Source: an uncultured Bacteroidales bacterium (lineage in GTDB: Bacteria > Bacteroidota > Bacteroidia > Bacteroidales > VadinHA17). From it: a stretch of 64,000 bases of DNA. Shown here in pieces: positions 28,383 to 38,863 of the stretch (position 1 is its first letter; every line of letters begins with the position of its first letter). The stretch is from positions 578,970-642,969 of the forward strand of contig OY970346.1 in the NCBI GenBank assembly GCA_963717685.1, given 5' to 3'. A model generated the notes under the pieces. That model was given only the letters and a program-made list of their open reading frames with translations, had not been told where the DNA came from and ran no database searches. The position numbers and the translations under genes are program-made.

Positions 28383-31355
28383 ATGAAAAAAAGAATTTTA
28401 AAGAAGCTCTCTTTGCTTTTCCTTGGAATCCTTATTACCGGGGCGATAAATGCCCAGGGAGTAAAAATCACAGGAAAGGTAAAAGATGCAGCAGATGGTT
28501 CAGCTTTGATTGGAGTTACTATCCAGGAAAAGGGAACTACCAATGGTGCCCTTACTGATGTAAACGGGAATTACAGCATTACCGTCGGGAAGACGGCCAC
28601 GCTGATTTTCTCCTACATTGGCTATAAGGCACAGGAGATTGTTGTCGGTAACCAGGCAACCATTGATGTGAAGATGGCAGTTGAGAGCCAGGCTCTGCAG
28701 GAGGTGGTTGTGATAGGATACGGTACAGTCAAGAAATCTGACGCAACAGGTTCGATTGTTGCTGTTAGTTCAAAAGATTTCAACCAGGGGGCAATAACTA
28801 CAGCCCAGGATCTGATGGTTGGTAAAAGCGCCGGGGTTGATATTACAACGGCTGGTGGTGCTCCGGGAAGCGGTTCCACAATCAGGATCCGTGGCGGTTC
28901 ATCCCTTTTTGCTTCCAATGATCCTCTTATAATCATCGATGGCGTTCCGATCAGCAACAATGACGTTTCAGGTAGCTCAAACCTTCTGTCATTCGTAAAT
29001 CCGAACGACATTGAATCCTTCACGGTATTAAAAGATGCTTCAGCCACTGCAATTTATGGTTCCAGGGCATCTAATGGCGTGATCCTCATTACTACAAAGA
29101 AAGGCAAAGTCGGCGCTCCGTTTACGGTCAGCTATGACGGAAACGTGTCTGTATCGGTTGCACCAAAATTCGTTGATGTTTTTTCCGGAGATGAAATGAG
29201 GAAAATAGCTTATGAACATGAAGATCTCTACGGGGTTGGTTCACTGAGTCAGCTCGGAAGTGCAAACACAAACTGGCAGAGCCAGATTTTCCGTGCCGCT
29301 GTATCAACTGATCACAATCTCAGCTTTTCAGGATCAAAAGGCAATGTTCCTTTCAGGGCATCAATAGGCTACACCGACCAGAACGGTATCCTGGTTAACA
29401 CCGACATGAGGAGGGTTACAGGATCTATCAGCGCTGATCCGACTTTCCTGAATAACAGTCTTAAGGTAAATATCAACCTTAAGGGTATGAATACTCATAA
29501 CAACTTCGGAGACCAGGGAGCCATTGGTTCTGCAGTAAATATGGACCCGACACAGCCTGTTTATGATAACAGCGCCTCCGCTGTCAAGAACTATGGAGGA
29601 TATTTCCAGTGGGCAAATTACGGCGCAAGCCTGGGAACTCCAAACCCTGTAGCTCAGGCACTTGACATCGATAATAAATCAATAACCAACAGGTTGATAG
29701 GCAATATACAGTTTGATTATAAGCTGCCATTTGTTCCCGGTCTTTCAGCTAACCTGAACCTGGCAAGCGATTATTATTACGGTGCAGGTCACGATAATGA
29801 GCCGGCAACAGCTCCTTCAGTTCTGATCAATCCTCTGTCATGGGGTAAACTGAACAATTATAATGCACACAGCAGAAACAATTTGCTTGACTTCTATCTC
29901 AATTATTCAAAAGATCTGAATTCAATCCGCAGTAAATTTGATATCACCGCAGGTTATTCATGGCAGCATTTCAGCAGTGACGGCGCCAGTTATACCAGGG
30001 GTATAACTGATGAGACACATCCTTACCAAAAGTCAGACAGTTCATCCTATATCACCGAGAACTACCTCATTTCGTTCTTCGGCCGTGCAAATTACAGCCT
30101 TATGGACAGGTACCTGCTGACATTTACAATCCGTGATGATGGTTCCTCACGTTTCTCATCAAATAACCGCTGGGGACTTTTCCCGTCTCTTGCTCTTGCA
30201 TGGAAGATCAATAATGAAGAATTCCTGAAAAACGTCAAGGCCATTACAAACCTCAAACTGAGGCTGGGCTGGGGTGAAACAGGGCAGCAGGATATAGGTA
30301 ATGACTATCCGGCAGAAGCAATTTACCAGCAAGCTCTGGTAGGCAGCTATTACATGATAGGAGGCCAGTATATTCCGACACTGCGTCCAAATGCATACGA
30401 CCCGAATATTAAATGGGAATCCACAACCACATATAATGCCGGTCTTGATTTCGGTATCCTGAAAGACCGCATAAGTGGTTCATTTGATGTTTACAAGAGA
30501 GTGACTAATAACCTGCTCAATACTGTGACAGTACCGACCGGAAGCAATTTCTCCAATACCTTGCTGACAAACGTAGGCAGCCTCAATAACAAGGGTTATG
30601 AAATCACCTTAAACTTTATCCCGATCTCAAAGAAGGATATGACTCTCAACCTTTCATTTAACCTGACATATAATAAAAATGACATTACCAAGCTTCTCAT
30701 AACAAATGATCCCACTTACATAGGAATTCTTATTGGGAATGCGTTTACCGGTAACAATCAGGTCACAAGAGTCGGATATCCTGCCAATTCATTTTTTGTG
30801 AACAAACAGGTCTACGATGCAAACGGCAATCCGATTGAAGGTCTTTATGTCGACCTGTCAGGCGATGGCGGAACTATAAGCAATAATAATTCAGACAAGT
30901 ATATTTACCATAATCCTGTCCCGGATTATCTGATGGGATTTTCCGCACAGTTCAACTACAAGAACTTCGACATATCAGCTTCAACGCGAACCAGCCTTGG
31001 CAACTATGTTTACAATATGGTGGCAGCCGGATCTTCATATGACCAGATGTACCAGATTGGATACTGGAAGAACTTCACAAGACTTCTCGATAATACTAAT
31101 TTTGTGACCCGCCAGTTTTCAAGCGATTACTTTGTTGAGAATGCTTCATTCTTCAAGCTCGATAATGTAAGCGCCGGATATACCTTCCGCAACCTTATGG
31201 GAAACAAGATGAAGGCCCGTATAAGCTTTACTATACAGAATGCTCTTACTATCACCAAATATACAGGACTGGATCCTGAGGTTTCGGGTGGTATTGACAA
31301 TAACTTCTATCCCAGACCACGAATATATATGCTGGGTGTTAATTTAACCTACTAA
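28383..31355 (+). CDS. susC: SusC/RagA-family TonB-dependent outer-membrane transporter
   Basis: 990 aa with a signal peptide, an N-terminal carboxypeptidase-regulatory-like domain (ITGKVKDA.DGS.L.GVTI) and a plug (VVVIGYGTVKKSD). The C-terminal beta-barrel ends in Y. Confidence 0.95.
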   Translation: MKKRILKKLSLLFLGILITGAINAQGVKITGKVKDAADGSALIGVTIQEKGTTNGALTDVNGNYSITVGKTATLIFSYIGYKAQEIVVGNQATIDVKMAVESQALQEVVVIGYGTVKKSDATGSIVAVSSKDFNQGAITTAQDLMVGKSAGVDITTAGGAPGSGSTIRIRGGSSLFASNDPLIIIDGVPISNNDVSGSSNLLSFVNPNDIESFTVLKDASATAIYGSRASNGVILITTKKGKVGAPFTVSYDGNVSVSVAPKFVDVFSGDEMRKIAYEHEDLYGVGSLSQLGSANTNWQSQIFRAAVSTDHNLSFSGSKGNVPFRASIGYTDQNGILVNTDMRRVTGSISADPTFLNNSLKVNINLKGMNTHNNFGDQGAIGSAVNMDPTQPVYDNSASAVKNYGGYFQWANYGASLGTPNPVAQALDIDNKSITNRLIGNIQFDYKLPFVPGLSANLNLASDYYYGAGHDNEPATAPSVLINPLSWGKLNNYNAHSRNNLLDFYLNYSKDLNSIRSKFDITAGYSWQHFSSDGASYTRGITDETHPYQKSDSSSYITENYLISFFGRANYSLMDRYLLTFTIRDDGSSRFSSNNRWGLFPSLALAWKINNEEFLKNVKAITNLKLRLGWGETGQQDIGNDYPAEAIYQQALVGSYYMIGGQYIPTLRPNAYDPNIKWESTTTYNAGLDFGILKDRISGSFDVYKRVTNNLLNTVTVPTGSNFSNTLLTNVGSLNNKGYEITLNFIPISKKDMTLNLSFNLTYNKNDITKLLITNDPTYIGILIGNAFTGNNQVTRVGYPANSFFVNKQVYDANGNPIEGLYVDLSGDGGTISNNNSDKYIYHNPVPDYLMGFSAQFNYKNFDISASTRTSLGNYVYNMVAAGSSYDQMYQIGYWKNFTRLLDNTNFVTRQFSSDYFVENASFFKLDNVSAGYTFRNLMGNKMKARISFTIQNALTITKYTGLDPEVSGGIDNNFYPRPRIYMLGVNLTY

Positions 31356-31368
31356 TATTCCGAAAACT

Positions 31369-32997
31369 ATGAATAAGAAGATTTTAATATTTGGAATAGT
31401 TCTTTTAACTGCGATTTTATCATCGTGCGTTAAAGACCTTAATGTGACCCCAAGGGACCCGAATAAAATCATGGCAGGAAATGTGGAAAACAATCCGACA
31501 TATCTTGCTGAGGTACTGGGGAAAATTTATGCCAGCTTTATTATAAATGGTCAGGGTAGTGTATCCAACTACAACCCGGATATAACTGCATCAGACGACG
31601 ACTTTTTTACTTCAAACAGAGCACTCTGGAATCTCCAGGAATTGTCAACAGATGAAGCAATATGTGCCTGGAGCGATGTTGGGATATCTGACATTAATAC
31701 CCAGACATGGAGCCCCACCAATACATTTCTTACGGCTCTTTACCAGCGCCTTGGCCTAAGCATAACCTATGCAAACGACTTTATCAGGATGACAAACGGC
31801 AGTTCTGATACAACCATTCTCAGATATAATGCAGAAGCACGATTCCTGAGAGCATTGGCCTATTACTATTTCATGGACCTGTTTGGTAATCCTCCTTTCA
31901 CTACAGATGCTGACGGAGTGGGAAAATTCTTCCCGAAGCAGATTTCAAGGGCTAACCTGTTCAATTATGTTGTTTCTGAACTTCATGCAATTGAAAACAA
32001 ACTCGGCGCACCAGGGTTCTCATATCCTGAAGCTGACCAGGCTGCCTGCTGGATGCTTCTCGCAAGGACTTACCTCAATGCCCAGGTCTTCACCGGAACT
32101 GCAAAGTGGGACAGCTGCCTGATTTATTGCAATAAAGTTGCCAACTGCGGGAAATATTCCCTTGCATCAAACTACAGGCATAATTTTGCAGCTGATAATG
32201 ATGGCCCAGAAAACCCTGAGATGATCTTTGCATGGGAACAGAACGGCATTTATACTGCATGCTATGTCGGAACAACCTTCATAATTGAATCATGCTGCGA
32301 TGGAACATATCTCAAGGCAAATGATTATGGTCTGTATTCCAATACTAACTGGAACGGCAACAGGACAAAAAGGCAGTTTGTAAACGTACTTGTTGATACC
32401 CTTGCCACCTATGGAAATGTTCCTATTCCTTCAACCGATCCATGGTTCTCACAATGCAAGGACGGACGCGTCTTCCTGAGACAAAAACTCAGCCTTGATA
32501 TTCCCAGCGCCTCAGCAAGCGGCAATTATGGGATAGGCGTATATAAGTTTACGGCAAGAAATACTGATGGTACGCTTCCTACAGTTGACACCAGCGCAAC
32601 TTATGCCAGTACCGATTTCCCTGTTTTCAGGTATGCCGATGCCCTGCTCATGAGAGCCGAATCTAATTTGAACCTTGGCAATACAGCTGATGCTGTAACT
32701 GATATCAATGCTGTCAGGGAACGCGCTTTCGGAGGTGCAGCAGGAGACATAACAGCTGCGACATTGGCATCAAACCCATCGTTCATTCTTGATGAGCGCG
32801 GCCGTGAGTTCTACTATGAATCTCAAAGGCGTACCGACCTGATACGTTTTGGAAAATTCACCACCGGAGGTTATAACTGGGCATGGAAAGGTGATGTGTA
32901 TGCCGGTACAAGTACCGACGCTCACCTTAATATCTATCCTATCCCTGGCGATGAGGTTTCTGCCAATCCTAATATCAAGCAGAATCCTGGTTATTAA
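31369..32997 (+). CDS. susD: SusD/RagB-family glycan-binding lipoprotein
   Basis: 542 aa with the lipobox LSSC. TPR-like core motifs are present (RALAYYYFMDLFGNPP, R(Y/F)ADALLMRAE) and the protein ends in NPGY. Confidence 0.95.
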   Translation: MNKKILIFGIVLLTAILSSCVKDLNVTPRDPNKIMAGNVENNPTYLAEVLGKIYASFIINGQGSVSNYNPDITASDDDFFTSNRALWNLQELSTDEAICAWSDVGISDINTQTWSPTNTFLTALYQRLGLSITYANDFIRMTNGSSDTTILRYNAEARFLRALAYYYFMDLFGNPPFTTDADGVGKFFPKQISRANLFNYVVSELHAIENKLGAPGFSYPEADQAACWMLLARTYLNAQVFTGTAKWDSCLIYCNKVANCGKYSLASNYRHNFAADNDGPENPEMIFAWEQNGIYTACYVGTTFIIESCCDGTYLKANDYGLYSNTNWNGNRTKRQFVNVLVDTLATYGNVPIPSTDPWFSQCKDGRVFLRQKLSLDIPSASASGNYGIGVYKFTARNTDGTLPTVDTSATYASTDFPVFRYADALLMRAESNLNLGNTADAVTDINAVRERAFGGAAGDITAATLASNPSFILDERGREFYYESQRRTDLIRFGKFTTGGYNWAWKGDVYAGTSTDAHLNIYPIPGDEVSANPNIKQNPGY

Positions 32998-33016
32998 TAT
33001 TTTAAATTTCAAAGAG

Positions 33017-34060
33017 ATGAAAAAGAATATATTAGTATATTTCTTCATTGGGTTGATCAGTCTTCTGGCCGGTTGCAAAAAAGACGGCACTATGGTCACC
33101 ATACTGACAAACCCAATTGTCCCGACCATCAAGACCATGCCCAGCCTCGCTCTTCTGAGGGCCAATGCGACAGATACTCTTGAATTTGTCGGAACTCCTG
33201 TTAATCCCGGCTTTACAGCTTCTGCAAATTATTTCCTCGAAGCCTGTCAGAGCGGGAATAACTTTGTAAATTCCGTGACTATTTATTCCGGAATCCAAGA
33301 TACCGTTATAAAGATGACCAACAGCGCTATAAACGGAGCCCTGCTGAAACAGTTCACTGCTGATTCCACCACTAACATTGATGTCAGGATAAGGGCAGTC
33401 CTCATTGTAAGTTCAGGAACCGGTGCTCCGGGGTCCATCTCCAATCCCATAACTTATTCTTCTGCAATAACAACTGTTCCTGCCACCATTTACGGGCTTC
33501 CACGTCTTGATCTCATAAATTCGGGTATGACCCAGAAAATTGAATCAGCTCTTGGCAATGGCCAGTACGCCGGATATGTCAAGCTGGATACTACAAAGCA
33601 TTTCACCCTGGAAGATCCCGATAACAGCACCATATATGGCGCTTCCGGCAAGGCTGCACTTGCAGTAAACGGATCAGCATTCATTCCTTCCAATACAATT
33701 AATATTGGTGTTGGATGGTATTATATGACTGCCGATGTTAATGCCAAGACATATACACTGACTCCTTATATGGTCGGACTTGTCGGTGCATTTGACAACT
33801 GGGCAGCACCTGATTCCAAAATGGAGTACAATCCAAAGTTAGGTGTATGGTCCATTACGACTGCTCTGCCAGCCGGTGATATCAAGTTCAGGCTAAATGA
33901 TGACTGGGGATGGAATCTTGGCGGAACCCCAGCCAGTCTGACCCATGGAGGAGCCAATATTACACTTGCAGCTGCTGGTACGTACGCCATTACATTGGAA
34001 ATTACAGTAGCCGGTCCTGCTGGTTCTGAAGCTGGTGAATGCACTATCGTTAAACAGTAA
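33017..34060 (+). CDS. SusE-like outer-membrane lipoprotein
   Basis: Start trimmed to MKKNILVYFFIGLISLLAGC (lipobox) at 33017. The track ORF start at 32849 overlaps susD. C-terminal module has VGAFDNW...(F/Y)KFR.NDDWGWNLGG, as in SusE/F starch-binding domains. Confidence 0.8.
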   Translation: MKKNILVYFFIGLISLLAGCKKDGTMVTILTNPIVPTIKTMPSLALLRANATDTLEFVGTPVNPGFTASANYFLEACQSGNNFVNSVTIYSGIQDTVIKMTNSAINGALLKQFTADSTTNIDVRIRAVLIVSSGTGAPGSISNPITYSSAITTVPATIYGLPRLDLINSGMTQKIESALGNGQYAGYVKLDTTKHFTLEDPDNSTIYGASGKAALAVNGSAFIPSNTINIGVGWYYMTADVNAKTYTLTPYMVGLVGAFDNWAAPDSKMEYNPKLGVWSITTALPAGDIKFRLNDDWGWNLGGTPASLTHGGANITLAAAGTYAITLEITVAGPAGSEAGECTIVKQ

Positions 34061-34065
34061 ATAGG

Positions 34066-35934
34066 ATGAAACTCTTAAAAAATGAATTCATGAAAAATAC
34101 ATTCATTTATAAAGCAACGGCCCTTTTTGCTGCAGTGGCATTGATCTTTGCTGCATGCACAAAAGAGACCTCGAACGTAAGATTAAGTGCGCAACTCGGA
34201 ACTACCCAGGCACTGAATGTCACATCGGATTCGGCAACAATCGTTGGTTTTGTCGTTGCAGCCGATGGGGGTTTTACCCAGAAAGGTGTTTGTTACAGCA
34301 CCACTGAAGGGCCAACCCCGTATAACTCTAAAGCCATTGATTCGCTTCCGGCTGCAGGGGCATTATTCTCTGTAAGGATAGGAGGACTGAACTATGCAAC
34401 CAAGTATTATGCCAAAGCTTATGCAATAAATTCCTCGGGAACATTCCTTGGCGATGAAGTCATTTTTACAACATTGCCAGTGGTCCCGACGGTCACTACG
34501 ACTGCAATAAGCGCTATAACAGGGAACTCTGCGTCTAGCGGTGGCAATGTCACTGTTGCGGGTGGAGCTACCGTTACTGCCCGTGGCGTTTGCTATGGTA
34601 TAACACATAACCCTTCAGTTTCCGGTTCTCATACAACTGATGGTGCCGGTACAGGTACCTTTATAAGCTCCATGACAAGCCTGAAAGGGAATACTCTCTA
34701 TTATGTACGCGCTTATGCCACCAACAGTGCCGGTTCAGGATATGGCGCTGAGGTATCATTCACGACTAATGTGGATCTTCCTGCTGTAACAACAGCTGCA
34801 ACGACAAGCATTACAAAAACTTCCGCAGTGACAGGCGGCTCTGTTACGTATGATGGAGGAGGCACTGTGACTGCAAGAGGTATTGTATGGGGTCTTAATG
34901 CTAATCCCGCACTTGCGACCGACAATGTTATTACATCAGGCGCCGGTACAGGTACGTATGTGGACAGCCTTACAAACCTTACACTGTTTACTACATACCA
35001 TGTACGTGCCTATGCGACAAACAGTGCAGGAACAGCATATGGAGCTGATGTATCATTTACCACACTGGCAAATATCAATAAGTTCTATATTGTCGGTGAT
35101 TATAACAGCTGGACCAACAATGCTTCTGCACTTTATATTATCTCTACAGCTACGAATGCTACAGCCCAGGGTTATATTAATTTCCCCGCATCAGGAGGAA
35201 TTAAGCTGATCACAAATCCAGGCAGTTGGGATGCTTCAACTACCTTCGGTGATAATGGATCTAATTCAGGACTACTGGCAAATCCGGGTAATAATATTTC
35301 TATTCCGGCTGCAGGATATTACCTGATAAATGCCAATCCTGCCACTATGACCTATTCACTTACCGCTACAGTCTGGGGCATTATTGGTGATGCAACTGCC
35401 GGTGGCTGGGGTGCCCAGACTAATATGAACTACAATGCAACTACAATGGAGTTCTGGCTTGGAGCGCATCTGACAGCTGGAACTACCTCATTCAAATTCA
35501 GGGGGACATCAGACTGGGCAGTAAACTATGGCGCCAATTCAGGAAGCGATACACTGATTGCCGGCGGATCCAATATATCTGTGGCATCTGAAGGTGATTA
35601 TGCAATTACAATGAACCTGAGCCAGCCAAATAATTACAGCTATAGTGCAAATATGTGGGGCCTGATTGGCGATGCAACGCCAGGAGGCTGGTCCACAGAT
35701 ACATTCATGACATGGGATCCGGTCAACATGGTGTTTACTGCCACCCTTAACATGCTGGCAAGCGGCTCCTATAAATTCAGGGCAAACGCCGCCTGGACTG
35801 TCAATTTCGGAGGCAGTTTAAGCGCTCTTACGCAGGGCGGAGCCAATTTGACAGTTCCGGCTGACGGCAACTATACGATCACGCTCGATCCATGGAATGC
35901 TGTAGGTACGATCACACAGAACTCAAAAAAATGA
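34066..35934 (+). CDS. SusF-like multi-domain surface lipoprotein
   Basis: 622 aa with the lipobox FAAC. Three N-terminal repeats of about 94 aa are followed by three SusE/F-type modules (WG(I/L)IGDAT.GGW ... (F/Y)KFR....W..N(Y/F)G). Confidence 0.8.
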   Translation: MKLLKNEFMKNTFIYKATALFAAVALIFAACTKETSNVRLSAQLGTTQALNVTSDSATIVGFVVAADGGFTQKGVCYSTTEGPTPYNSKAIDSLPAAGALFSVRIGGLNYATKYYAKAYAINSSGTFLGDEVIFTTLPVVPTVTTTAISAITGNSASSGGNVTVAGGATVTARGVCYGITHNPSVSGSHTTDGAGTGTFISSMTSLKGNTLYYVRAYATNSAGSGYGAEVSFTTNVDLPAVTTAATTSITKTSAVTGGSVTYDGGGTVTARGIVWGLNANPALATDNVITSGAGTGTYVDSLTNLTLFTTYHVRAYATNSAGTAYGADVSFTTLANINKFYIVGDYNSWTNNASALYIISTATNATAQGYINFPASGGIKLITNPGSWDASTTFGDNGSNSGLLANPGNNISIPAAGYYLINANPATMTYSLTATVWGIIGDATAGGWGAQTNMNYNATTMEFWLGAHLTAGTTSFKFRGTSDWAVNYGANSGSDTLIAGGSNISVASEGDYAITMNLSQPNNYSYSANMWGLIGDATPGGWSTDTFMTWDPVNMVFTATLNMLASGSYKFRANAAWTVNFGGSLSALTQGGANLTVPADGNYTITLDPWNAVGTITQNSKK

Positions 35935-35981
35935 TCTCAGAAACTTAAGGCAGATTATCTGCTGAATGGTTCGTATATGTT

Positions 35982-36017
35982 AAAACCTCTTCTTTGAAAA
36001 ACAAGAAGAGGTTTTTT
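35982..36017 (+). terminator. rho-independent terminator after the susCDEF-like genes
   Basis: Perfect 13-bp stem AAAACCTCTTCTT/AAGAAGAGGTTTT with an 8-nt loop, running into a T tract. Confidence 0.8.
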
Positions 36018-36067
36018 TACCTGTTTTAAATACCTTTACATAATTATTATCAGTTAAAGATAAACCA

Positions 36068-38863
36068 ATGAATAAGAAGCTGCTGACCGTTATAATTATA
36101 TACCTCATTGCTATCAGTTTACAGGCCCAGATGGTATATACCGACCCAGCCATACCGGTAATGGGGAAAGAGATAAAGGTATATTTTAACACTTCGCTCG
36201 TAACAAGCGATGCTGCCTTTAAGAATTACACCGGAAATGTTTATGCGCACACGGGAGTAACAGTCAATGGTCAGGCCTGGCAGAATGTCATTGGAACCTG
36301 GGGTGTAAATTCCACACAGCCAGAACTGACCCAAGTTGGTCAGTATCTTTATTTTCTTGATATCAAACCGGATATCAAAACTTATTACGGGCTCTCTGCA
36401 ACTGATAGTGTTACTCAGATAGACCTGGTTTTCCGCAGTTCCGACGCATCAAAACAGACCAGGCCAGATATCTTCCTGACTGTATACAAGCTTAATCTGC
36501 AGACTACTTTTGTCACTCCGCAGACCAGGTCAGTTATTGTAAGCCTTAACGGACAGATCCCTGTCAATGCCGCTGCAACGATGGCAGATTCCATTTCATT
36601 GTACATGAATAATAAATTCCTGAAAAGAGGCAGCACTCCGGGCCAGGTTACTGATACCATCACAGCCAGCCAGTACGGAGGCTTCTGGGTGAAATCAATA
36701 GCCTGGAGCTATCCGTCATTTGTGGCAGATTCTTTTTATTTATATGTCAGGCCACCTGTAGTAATGCAGGATCTTCCGTCCGGCCTGGTTGACGGAATAA
36801 ATTATTTAAGCGACACATCCGTTGCACTTGTTTTACTTGCACCTTACAAACAAAATGTTTTTGCCATTGGTGATTTTAATAACTGGCTTCCCTGTGATAA
36901 AGGTTTCATGAAAGAGACCACCGATGGTAACAGATACTGGGTGCAGATAAACGGTCTGACGCCCAATAAAGAGTACAGGTTCGAGTATATAGTTGATTCG
37001 TCACTTTATATAGCCGATCCGTACACAGACAAAATTCTCGATCCCGTAAACGACCCGTATATTTCATCGACTACGTATCCCAATCTCACCAAGTACCCTG
37101 CCGACACTGCATCAGGCATAGTATCGACGCTGCAGACGGCACAGGTTCCCTATGCATGGCGCACCACAAATTTTCAGCCGCCGGCAAAATCGAACCTGGT
37201 TATCTATGAGCTTCTTATCCGGGATTTTGTTGCCAATCACGATTTCAGGACAATTGCCGATACCCTCAGCTATCTGAAGAATCTCGGAATAAATGCAATC
37301 GAGTTTATGCCGGTTTGTGAATTTGAAGGGAACATCAGCTGGGGTTATAACCCTGATTTTTATTTTGCACCCGACAAATACTACGGTCCAAAGAATGATT
37401 TTAAGGCTCTTATAGACAGCTGTCATGCACGTGGCATAGCCGTAATTATGGATATAGTTCTTAACCACTGCATGGAACAGTCTCCTTTCGTTGAGCTCTA
37501 TCTCGATTATGTCGGATCAGATCAGATCCACATGAAGCTGCCCAATCCATGGTTCAATGCAATTTCACCGAATCCGGTCTATTATTGGGGCGCTGATTTT
37601 AATCATGCAAGCATTTACACGCAGCAGCTTGTCGACCGCATCACATCTTATTGGCTCACAGTATACAATGTCGATGGTTTCAGATTCGACTTCTCAAAGG
37701 GATTTACAAATACTCCGGGCGACGGATTTGCATACGATGCTTCAAGGATAGCGATCCTCGAAAGAATGGCAAATCATATATGGTCAGTAAAGCCAAATGC
37801 CTATGTGATACTCGAGCATTTCACAGCCGATGCGGAGGAGCAGGTTCTGGCCGACTATGGAATGCTGCTCTGGAATAACTTTAATTCTCAGTACTCCCAG
37901 GCAGCCATGGGAAATTCTTCCGATCTGACAGGCGCTTCCTGGCTCGGACTGGGTTGGAGCGTGCCGGGTCCAATAACCTACATGGAAAGCCATGATGAGG
38001 AAAGGCTAATGTACCAGACCCTTACAAATGGGGCATCGACGGCAACCTATAATACGAGAGACCTGAAAACCGCACTAAAGAGAATGCAGCTCGATGCGAT
38101 CTTCTTCCTTACCATACCCGGACCGAGGATGATCTGGCAGTTTGGAGAGCTTGGATATGATATTTCAATTGATTCAGGTGGCAGGACCAGCCCCAAGCCA
38201 ATAAAATGGGATTATTTCTCAAATCCTGACCGGCATGACCTGTACCAGTTTTACAGACTTCTGAACACTCTGAGAAACACCCAGGAGGTATTCAGCACCG
38301 ATAATTATTCGTGGGATCTGTCCACTCCCATGAAAAGGCTTACCCTGAACGGGTCAACCATGTGCATCAATATCCTGGGAAACTTCGGGATAACGGGAAA
38401 TTCAATTGATCCTGCCTTTCCGAATACAGGCAAGTGGTATGAATATTTCTCCGGAGACTCTCTGACGGTTACGAATTCAGATTCACCTATCAATCTCGAT
38501 CCGGGTGAATACAGGATGTACTCCACCGTAAAGCTGCCTTCGCAAAACCAGATACTCAGTGTAAAAGATGTGCCTGCTGAAACTGCTTACTTCGTAAGCG
38601 CATACCCGAATCCTTCAGCCGGACCCTTCAATTTTCAAATTCACAGCACTGCTCCCGTGCAGGGCACACTGACAATTTATGACCTGGAAGGAAGAGCCGT
38701 GAGGCAGATAAATATAGGGCTCCTTCCTGACAGTGTTCAGAATATCGTCTGGGACGGAAAAACAGAAAGCGGAGCCGAGGCAAGCCCGGGAATATATCTT
38801 GTTCGCGTGAACACCCCTCTGGCACTGCAGACACTTAAAATAATCAAGAGCAGGAATCAGTAG
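36068..38863 (+). CDS. GH13 alpha-amylase/pullulanase-like enzyme with T9SS C-terminal sorting domain
   Basis: 931 aa with a signal peptide and GH13 regions DIVLNHC, DGFRFDFSKG, YVILEHF and YMESHDEE. The last ~80 aa resemble a type-A T9SS CTD (YPNPSAGPFNF...LTIYDLEGRAV...PGIYLVRVNT). Confidence 0.88.
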   Translation: MNKKLLTVIIIYLIAISLQAQMVYTDPAIPVMGKEIKVYFNTSLVTSDAAFKNYTGNVYAHTGVTVNGQAWQNVIGTWGVNSTQPELTQVGQYLYFLDIKPDIKTYYGLSATDSVTQIDLVFRSSDASKQTRPDIFLTVYKLNLQTTFVTPQTRSVIVSLNGQIPVNAAATMADSISLYMNNKFLKRGSTPGQVTDTITASQYGGFWVKSIAWSYPSFVADSFYLYVRPPVVMQDLPSGLVDGINYLSDTSVALVLLAPYKQNVFAIGDFNNWLPCDKGFMKETTDGNRYWVQINGLTPNKEYRFEYIVDSSLYIADPYTDKILDPVNDPYISSTTYPNLTKYPADTASGIVSTLQTAQVPYAWRTTNFQPPAKSNLVIYELLIRDFVANHDFRTIADTLSYLKNLGINAIEFMPVCEFEGNISWGYNPDFYFAPDKYYGPKNDFKALIDSCHARGIAVIMDIVLNHCMEQSPFVELYLDYVGSDQIHMKLPNPWFNAISPNPVYYWGADFNHASIYTQQLVDRITSYWLTVYNVDGFRFDFSKGFTNTPGDGFAYDASRIAILERMANHIWSVKPNAYVILEHFTADAEEQVLADYGMLLWNNFNSQYSQAAMGNSSDLTGASWLGLGWSVPGPITYMESHDEERLMYQTLTNGASTATYNTRDLKTALKRMQLDAIFFLTIPGPRMIWQFGELGYDISIDSGGRTSPKPIKWDYFSNPDRHDLYQFYRLLNTLRNTQEVFSTDNYSWDLSTPMKRLTLNGSTMCINILGNFGITGNSIDPAFPNTGKWYEYFSGDSLTVTNSDSPINLDPGEYRMYSTVKLPSQNQILSVKDVPAETAYFVSAYPNPSAGPFNFQIHSTAPVQGTLTIYDLEGRAVRQINIGLLPDSVQNIVWDGKTESGAEASPGIYLVRVNTPLALQTLKIIKSRNQ

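Noticed and set aside
28622-29047. Antisense or alternative-frame ORFs of 100-250 aa inside large genes. Examples are 28622-29047 in susC, 41028-41768 in GH13, 48281-48754 and 51795-52220 in sprA, 4892-5353 in the M1 peptidase, and 56706-57230 in pepA.
   Set aside because: Each is fully embedded in a longer ORF with clear family motifs on the other strand or frame, and none has a recognisable motif of its own.
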